Positions 58,720 through 64,000 of a stretch of 64,000 bases of DNA are shown here, piece after piece. The position numbers were made by a program, and so were the translations under genes. The DNA lies in contig JAITWW010000093.1 in assembly GCA_031285085.1 (NCBI GenBank), positions 2,851 through 66,850 of the forward strand. Reading direction: 5' to 3'. The DNA is from Candidatus Methanofilum arcanum (GTDB lineage: Archaea > Halobacteriota > Methanomicrobia > Methanomicrobiales > Methanospirillaceae). Each line of letters begins with the position of its first letter. Positions within the stretch are counted from its first letter, which is position 1. The notes beneath the pieces are model-generated. The model was not told the origin of the DNA and searched no databases. It worked only from the letters and a program-made list of their open reading frames with translations.

Positions 58720-61700
58720 TCACAGTTTTACACCACTCGTGAAGCTCGCTTCTTCATCCATTAGGATTAAATATCCCATAGCAGGGTGCATGTAGCGTTT
58801 ATCTGCATTTATTGCACTATAAATAGGATCCTCCCAAACCTGGCGTACTGGATCATATCCAATGGCACGATCCCACTTTCCTTCAATGCTTGCAAGTGCC
58901 TCGCTCGCTATGATTGGTTGCCATGCTGAGATACCAATACCATTCCAGCCAGGCAGTAATGTGGTTTGATAGTTACCTTCCCTTGTTGCAAACACAAAGG
59001 TGCCTTCTATAACACCAGGCTCTGCACTGTTCACTCTCACTAATTCAAGTGGAGTAACAATGTAATTATCAGGGACTTCCATCCAGTCCTGCCTTTCCCA
59101 ACTATAGACTGAATATGGCCACGCACCGGTCTGAATTCCTGCAAAAACATCTGCCATGGTATTAAATCCATTTGCAAGTTCAACAGGAACAGAAACGTGG
59201 TTCCAGCCTGGGTAGATAAGCACAGAGTTCCCTTCCCCGATAACAACATATCTTTTCTTTGTTAAGGATGCTTCTCCACCGTTGTTTCGAATAGTAAGTC
59301 TTACATCATAGATTCCAGGTTCACTTATGACTGCAATTGGGTTCTGCTCAGATGAACACCAGACTACAACGCCATCTCTAATGAACTCCCAATCCCATGA
59401 GGTGATAACAACCCCTTGAGAGAGATCAGTACACTGCATGGTTGTTGGAAGCCAGGGATTTTTTTGAGGATGAACTTCAAAGTCTATATTTGCTTGTGTA
59501 GGTGCATCTTCTACAATCAAGATCGATTTGGTGACAGATGCGGAACTGGTATACCGGTTTCCAACAGTTAACGTTACCTCATAGGTTCCTGATTGTGAAT
59601 AGCTGTGAACGGGGCTACGCAGTGAAGACCAAGAACCATCGCCAAACTTCCACTGCCAGCTGTCAGGATCTCCTGTTGAGATATCAGTAAAGAGAACATC
59701 TTCACCAATTGATGCAATGTCTTTGCTCATTCTGAAATTTGCTTGTGGTGCTGAGCCAACCGTGATCATGACAGGTTCTGAGACATAAAGAGCAAGACCA
59801 TCATCAGCAGTTAAAGTAACATAATAGCTACCTGCGTTCTGATAGGTGTGTTGTGGATTACGCGTTGAATCGGTTGGATCAAGGGGACAGTCCCCAGTAC
59901 ATTCCCAAACGAGGGTCTCACCATCTCCAAAGTCCCAAATCAGGGTTTTTGGTTTGAGTTCAGGATCTGATCGTTCGGTGAACTGAACAGTCAGTGGTTC
60001 TGGTCCCCAAAGAGGATCTGCGTCAAAGAAAACCTCTGCACGCTTATTTCCAACAGTCACATTGCCTACAGCCTCATTACTGCTACCACCATTATTGCTG
60101 ACAACAAGTATAATCGTGTAGATGCCTGGTTTATCAAAGATCATCACAGGATGCTGCTCGGCAGAGGTTCCAATGACTTTTTCGTCAAGCTCAAATGTCC
60201 AATGCCAATCATCGATATACCCACTTGAGGTATCGGTGAAGAACACTCGAACCGGATTTTTTGGACTATCTAAAGGAGTGGCATAGAAACTTGCTACAGG
60301 AGCCTCATTCGTTACCAGAATGGTTGCTGTTGCAGGAACCTTACTCGCACCAAAGATATTGCTAACAGAGAGAGAGACAGTATACTCACCGGGGGTACTG
60401 TAACTATACATTGGGCTCTGAAGAGCAGAGGTACTACCATCACCGAAATTCCAGTTCCAGCTCGTTGGATTTCCTAATGAGAGATCCGTTGGATCTCCTG
60501 TTGAGAGATCAGTAAAGGAAATCTCTTCACCAATTCGAACAACCACCTTATCTTCAACAATTGGTTTATCCATTCTGAATGCAGCAATTGGAGGACCACC
60601 AACGACAATCTCCACTGGTTCTGAGATATAGAGAGCAAGACCGTCATCAGCAGTTAAAGTAACATAATAACAGCCTGGCTTTTGATATGTGTGCTCTGGA
60701 TTACGCGTTGGATCAAGGGGGCAGTCCCCAGTACATTCCCAAACGAGGGTCTCACCATCTCCAAAGTCCCACGTAAGGGTTTTTGGCTTCAGTTCTGGAT
60801 CTGATCTATCGGTGAACTGAACCGTCAATGGAGCGAGACCCCAGAGAGGCGTCGCGTCAAAGAAGACCTTTGCACGTTCATTACCGACAGTGACAGTACC
60901 AACTGCTTCATTGCTGCTGCCACCGTTATTGCTGACAATAAGTGTGATCTTATAGTCACCGGGTTTGTCAAAGATCATCACTGGGTTTTGTTCGGCAGAG
61001 GTTCCAATGACTTGTTCATCAAACTCGAAAATCCAATTCCATTTTTCAATGTACCCTGTTGAGGTATCTGTAAAGGAGACACGAACTGGATTCTTTGAGC
61101 TCTCATAAGGAGTGGAATAGAAGCTTGCAACAGGAAGATCATTTGTCACCACAATGGTCTTTGTAAATGGTTTACTCTCTCCATACACATTACTTACAGA
61201 GAGTGATATTGTGTATGTTCCAGCCTTGCTGTAGCTGTGCATCGGGCTTTGAAGGGCAGATGTGCTACCATCTCCAAAGTCCCATTTCCAACTTGTTGGA
61301 TTGCCAGTTGATTCATCAATAAATCGAACGGTCTCTCCAATGCCGATGCGAACTTCCTTCCCGTCAACTTCCTTATCTATTCTGAACTTCGCCTCTGGAG
61401 TGCCTCCAACGGTAATGGTGGTTGGTGGTTTTGATACATAGACACCAAGACCATCATCAGCAGTGAGGACGACATGGTAGGTACCTGCCTTCTGATAGGT
61501 ATGTTTTGGATTACGCTTTGGATCAGAAGGATCAAGGGCACAACCCTCAGTACATTCCCAAATGAGGGTTTCACCATCGCCAAAGTCCCACGTAAGGGTT
61601 TTTGGCTTAATATTTGATGTGTCAGTGAACTGAACAGTCAGTGGTTCAGGTCCCCACAATGGATTTGCAGTGAAAGAAGCAGTTGGAACATAATCTTCAG

Positions 61701-64000
61701 CTCCAATTGTGATATAAGCCTCTTTCACCTCAGTAGATCCACCTCCATTGTTTTCTACCGTGAGTGAAACCGTGTAAACACCTGGCTCATTAAAGACAAT
61801 CATTGGGTTTTGTTCATTTGAAGCGAGGGTAACTCCAGTTGTGATTTCAGTAAAAACCCATGTCCAGCTTTCAATCTCGCTTAGCTCTTGGTATTCTGAA
61901 AGATCGGTGAAGAAGATACGGCCAGGATATCCAGAAGTACTTACTGGAGATGCAGCGAAATCAGCAACTGGAGCATGTTTTTTGATAAGCACTTGTTTTG
62001 TCAGAGGCTCTCCAATACCATATTGGTTGCTGATTGTCAGTGTGACATCTTTTAGACCAGGCTTGTCATATTTATGAACTGGACTTTCTAATGGAGATGT
62101 TGTACCGTCACCAAAGTCCCAAAGATAAGTCAGAGGCTTTGGAACTGAAAGATCAGTAAACTGGATCTGTTCACCAATTGATGCGATCTCAGGGTTGATG
62201 CTGAAGTCTGTTCCTGGTGATGCCGTAACGGTGATGTATGAGGTCTTCACTAGCTGTTTTGGGCCACTCTGACCAGTAGCAGTAAGGGTTACTGAGTACG
62301 TACCAGCTTTCTCATAGGTATGAACGGGATGCTGCTCAGATGATGTCTGTCCATCACCAAAGTCCCAAAGCCAAGACTCTGGAAGGAATCCAGATTCGTC
62401 TTTGAACTGTACCTTTAACGGAGTGTTTCCTGCAACAGGATTTGCACTGAAATCAACACTACCAGATGCAGTAACATCATTAAACTTGAACTGTAAGACA
62501 ACATACCGATCATCAATGAGTGAAGAATCTAATGCAGCAATCAGAGCGTTTAATGCCTGCGTTCCAAGAAGTGATCCTGCACCATCAATCTGGAAGCTGC
62601 GTGTCCATCTCACTGGTTCAGAAGAGATAACGTAAATACTTCCCGGTGTTGCCGTGTAGATTCCATCACTTACATCATCAGTGTCAGGAATGACATCAAA
62701 GACCTTATTGAGCCAAGGAACCTGAACAACAACACTATAGGAGCCTGAAGCAAGTGAACAGATATTGATACCAGCCTGTTTTATGAGTTCATGATTGATA
62801 TCAAACTCAAAGTACCCAGTATTATCAGCATGAGCTGTTTTTTCCAGGTACTTCACTGGACCAAGCATCCCTTCTCCAAATAGCCAGATTTTAAGCTCCT
62901 GACTACCGCCAGTGTTACCTCTCAGAATGATAGGGCTATCCCCTCCAAGTATTCCACAGGGATATCCATCACAACAGCAACGATCAATGAGCTCATCAAG
63001 AGAGACATTCAGCTCTGGTTCTATGAAAGTTAAGGGCTTTCGATCGATACGAGCACAGTTGGGACAGCTGTCAAGTCCACAGACACCAGACTCATAACAA
63101 GGAGTGTTACAATCAACGCATTGGGAGCCATCACCATCAGATCCTGGTTGGAAGGATCCTGGATTTTGTGAAGATGCAACAATCGTGTATGTACCTGCTG
63201 CTTTTGGTAGAATTTTGGAATCCCACCGTGTTATAGGAATGCGACCATACTCATTTGCAAGTATGAGTGGGTTTGAATCATATGGCACAGATAATGGATT
63301 AACACCACAAGGTGGAAGATCTCCTCCTGTCAGCCAGATAAAGGTATACGGAGAGTCTGTATTGATGCCAGTGATAAACAGAGTTGTTCCTATTGGAACG
63401 GCTGATACGTCTTCAACGGGTTCATTCGCAGTATTGAGAAACTGAATTTTAACCTCACCTTCTTTGATCTCTACTGTGTCGTCCGCATAAGATGCTGGAT
63501 CTGATTGTGAAATTCCAGGACTGACATCTTGCACATGAATTTTGTACGTTCCAGATTTAGTTGAGATTGGTGTGCCTGGACTTGTACTTGCTGATGGTGA
63601 AACACCCATTGTTGTGAATTCCACTGGGAAATACCACTCAGCTCCATTTGCATTGATGAACCAGTCCAGAGGTGAGACTTCTATCTCTGCATAATATCGC
63701 ATTCCATTATATGGAACAGCTACACCTTCAGACGGATATGTCTCCCCATTTGGAACAAAAGATCTGAATCTATCTCCATATCCATAGACCTGTGAGTAGC
63801 CAGTGTTTGTTCCATGCAAATCATCAAAACGAGCATTTTTGCTTGATTCATAGATAATAGGTGGACGATCACATTGTTCACCAGTCATCGTCTGTGGGCT
63901 GATAATAATCCCAATTTGATATTTTTTATCACTAAGTGGTTCCTCAGTTTCAGAGATATAAACCGTGAATTTACCTGGATCAGCTGAACTTGTATATTTT
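58720..64000 (-). CDS. giant surface protein (more than 1750 aa, N-terminus beyond the right edge): Cys-cluster core, 12 PKD domains, GWNL...GYW-type C-terminal domain
   Basis: The reading frame stays open from 63889 to 64000 upstream of the track Met (KYTSSADPGKFTVYISETEEPLSDKKYQIGIIISPQT-M). There are twelve W.W.FGDG-type PKD units. Confidence 0.8.
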   Translation of the reverse strand, partial: KYTSSADPGKFTVYISETEEPLSDKKYQIGIIISPQTMTGEQCDRPPIIYESSKNARFDDLHGTNTGYSQVYGYGDRFRSFVPNGETYPSEGVAVPYNGMRYYAEIEVSPLDWFINANGAEWYFPVEFTTMGVSPSASTSPGTPISTKSGTYKIHVQDVSPGISQSDPASYADDTVEIKEGEVKIQFLNTANEPVEDVSAVPIGTTLFITGINTDSPYTFIWLTGGDLPPCGVNPLSVPYDSNPLILANEYGRIPITRWDSKILPKAAGTYTIVASSQNPGSFQPGSDGDGSQCVDCNTPCYESGVCGLDSCPNCARIDRKPLTFIEPELNVSLDELIDRCCCDGYPCGILGGDSPIILRGNTGGSQELKIWLFGEGMLGPVKYLEKTAHADNTGYFEFDINHELIKQAGINICSLASGSYSVVVQVPWLNKVFDVIPDTDDVSDGIYTATPGSIYVISSEPVRWTRSFQIDGAGSLLGTQALNALIAALDSSLIDDRYVVLQFKFNDVTASGSVDFSANPVAGNTPLKVQFKDESGFLPESWLWDFGDGQTSSEQHPVHTYEKAGTYSVTLTATGQSGPKQLVKTSYITVTASPGTDFSINPEIASIGEQIQFTDLSVPKPLTYLWDFGDGTTSPLESPVHKYDKPGLKDVTLTISNQYGIGEPLTKQVLIKKHAPVADFAASPVSTSGYPGRIFFTDLSEYQELSEIESWTWVFTEITTGVTLASNEQNPMIVFNEPGVYTVSLTVENNGGGSTEVKEAYITIGAEDYVPTASFTANPLWGPEPLTVQFTDTSNIKPKTLTWDFGDGETLIWECTEGCALDPSDPKRNPKHTYQKAGTYHVVLTADDGLGVYVSKPPTTITVGGTPEAKFRIDKEVDGKEVRIGIGETVRFIDESTGNPTSWKWDFGDGSTSALQSPMHSYSKAGTYTISLSVSNVYGESKPFTKTIVVTNDLPVASFYSTPYESSKNPVRVSFTDTSTGYIEKWNWIFEFDEQVIGTSAEQNPVMIFDKPGDYKITLIVSNNGGSSNEAVGTVTVGNERAKVFFDATPLWGLAPLTVQFTDRSDPELKPKTLTWDFGDGETLVWECTGDCPLDPTRNPEHTYQKPGCYYVTLTADDGLALYISEPVEIVVGGPPIAAFRMDKPIVEDKVVVRIGEEISFTDLSTGDPTDLSLGNPTSWNWNFGDGSTSALQSPMYSYSTPGEYTVSLSVSNIFGASKVPATATILVTNEAPVASFYATPLDSPKNPVRVFFTDTSSGYIDDWHWTFELDEKVIGTSAEQHPVMIFDKPGIYTIILVVSNNGGSSNEAVGNVTVGNKRAEVFFDADPLWGPEPLTVQFTERSDPELKPKTLIWDFGDGETLVWECTGDCPLDPTDSTRNPQHTYQNAGSYYVTLTADDGLALYVSEPVMITVGSAPQANFRMSKDIASIGEDVLFTDISTGDPDSWQWKFGDGSWSSLRSPVHSYSQSGTYEVTLTVGNRYTSSASVTKSILIVEDAPTQANIDFEVHPQKNPWLPTTMQCTDLSQGVVITSWDWEFIRDGVVVWCSSEQNPIAVISEPGIYDVRLTIRNNGGEASLTKKRYVVIGEGNSVLIYPGWNHVSVPVELANGFNTMADVFAGIQTGAWPYSVYSWERQDWMEVPDNYIVTPLELVRVNSAEPGVIEGTFVFATREGNYQTTLLPGWNGIGISAWQPIIASEALASIEGKWDRAIGYDPVRQVWEDPIYSAINADKRYMHPAMGYLILMDEEASFTSGVKL
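59240..62480 (-). repeat. intragenic tandem array of PKD-coding units organised as a three-domain (A-B-C) super-repeat with 819-834 bp period
   Basis: An identical 50-mer, cagtccccagtacattcccaaacgagggtctcaccatctccaaagtccca, occurs at 59888-59937 and 60722-60771 (offset 834). A diverged third copy begins about 61548 (offset 819). Confidence 0.85.

Overview
This is an AT-rich chromosomal window from a methanogenic euryarchaeon. The gene content looks Methanomicrobiales-like, but that placement is an inference. The methanogen call rests on MCR activation component A2 (atwA), F420H2-oxidase-type flavodiiron protein, thermosome, TBP, archaeal AlaRS/TyrRS, Rio1-KH pair, KEOPS Cgi121, Hel308 and SMC-ScpA. 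About two thirds of the window is ordinary housekeeping sequence. I found no rRNA genes and no CRISPR array, and there is one tRNA (initiator-type tRNA-Met, CAT). The accessory content is listed below.
(1) A stand-alone Cas1-like gene sits between htpX and pgk, with no cas2, repeat array or casposon hallmarks.
(2) An orphan beta-class DNA methyltransferase is present.
(3) A HerA-like ATPase lies next to a small decayed islet holding an HExxH protein, an IS4/IS1634-type transposase remnant and a truncated MFS gene. A second diverged remnant of the same IS lies upstream of cdc48.
(4) A SWIM plus SNF2 gene pair lies directly beside the tRNA.
(5) About 17 kb encodes secreted or surface proteins, split by the smc-scpA operon. 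These proteins are built from shared modules. One is a signal-peptide-proximal P-x-EFYG beta-module (six copies in three consecutive genes). Another is a C-terminal domain of about 165 aa with a duplicated GWNL...GYW motif (three genes). The rest are CARDB repeats and a 12-domain PKD array organised as an 819-834 bp tandem three-domain super-repeat.
The modular surface-protein family and the solo Cas1 are the best candidates for something undescribed. All functional calls come from motif reading of the translations, and no database search was possible.
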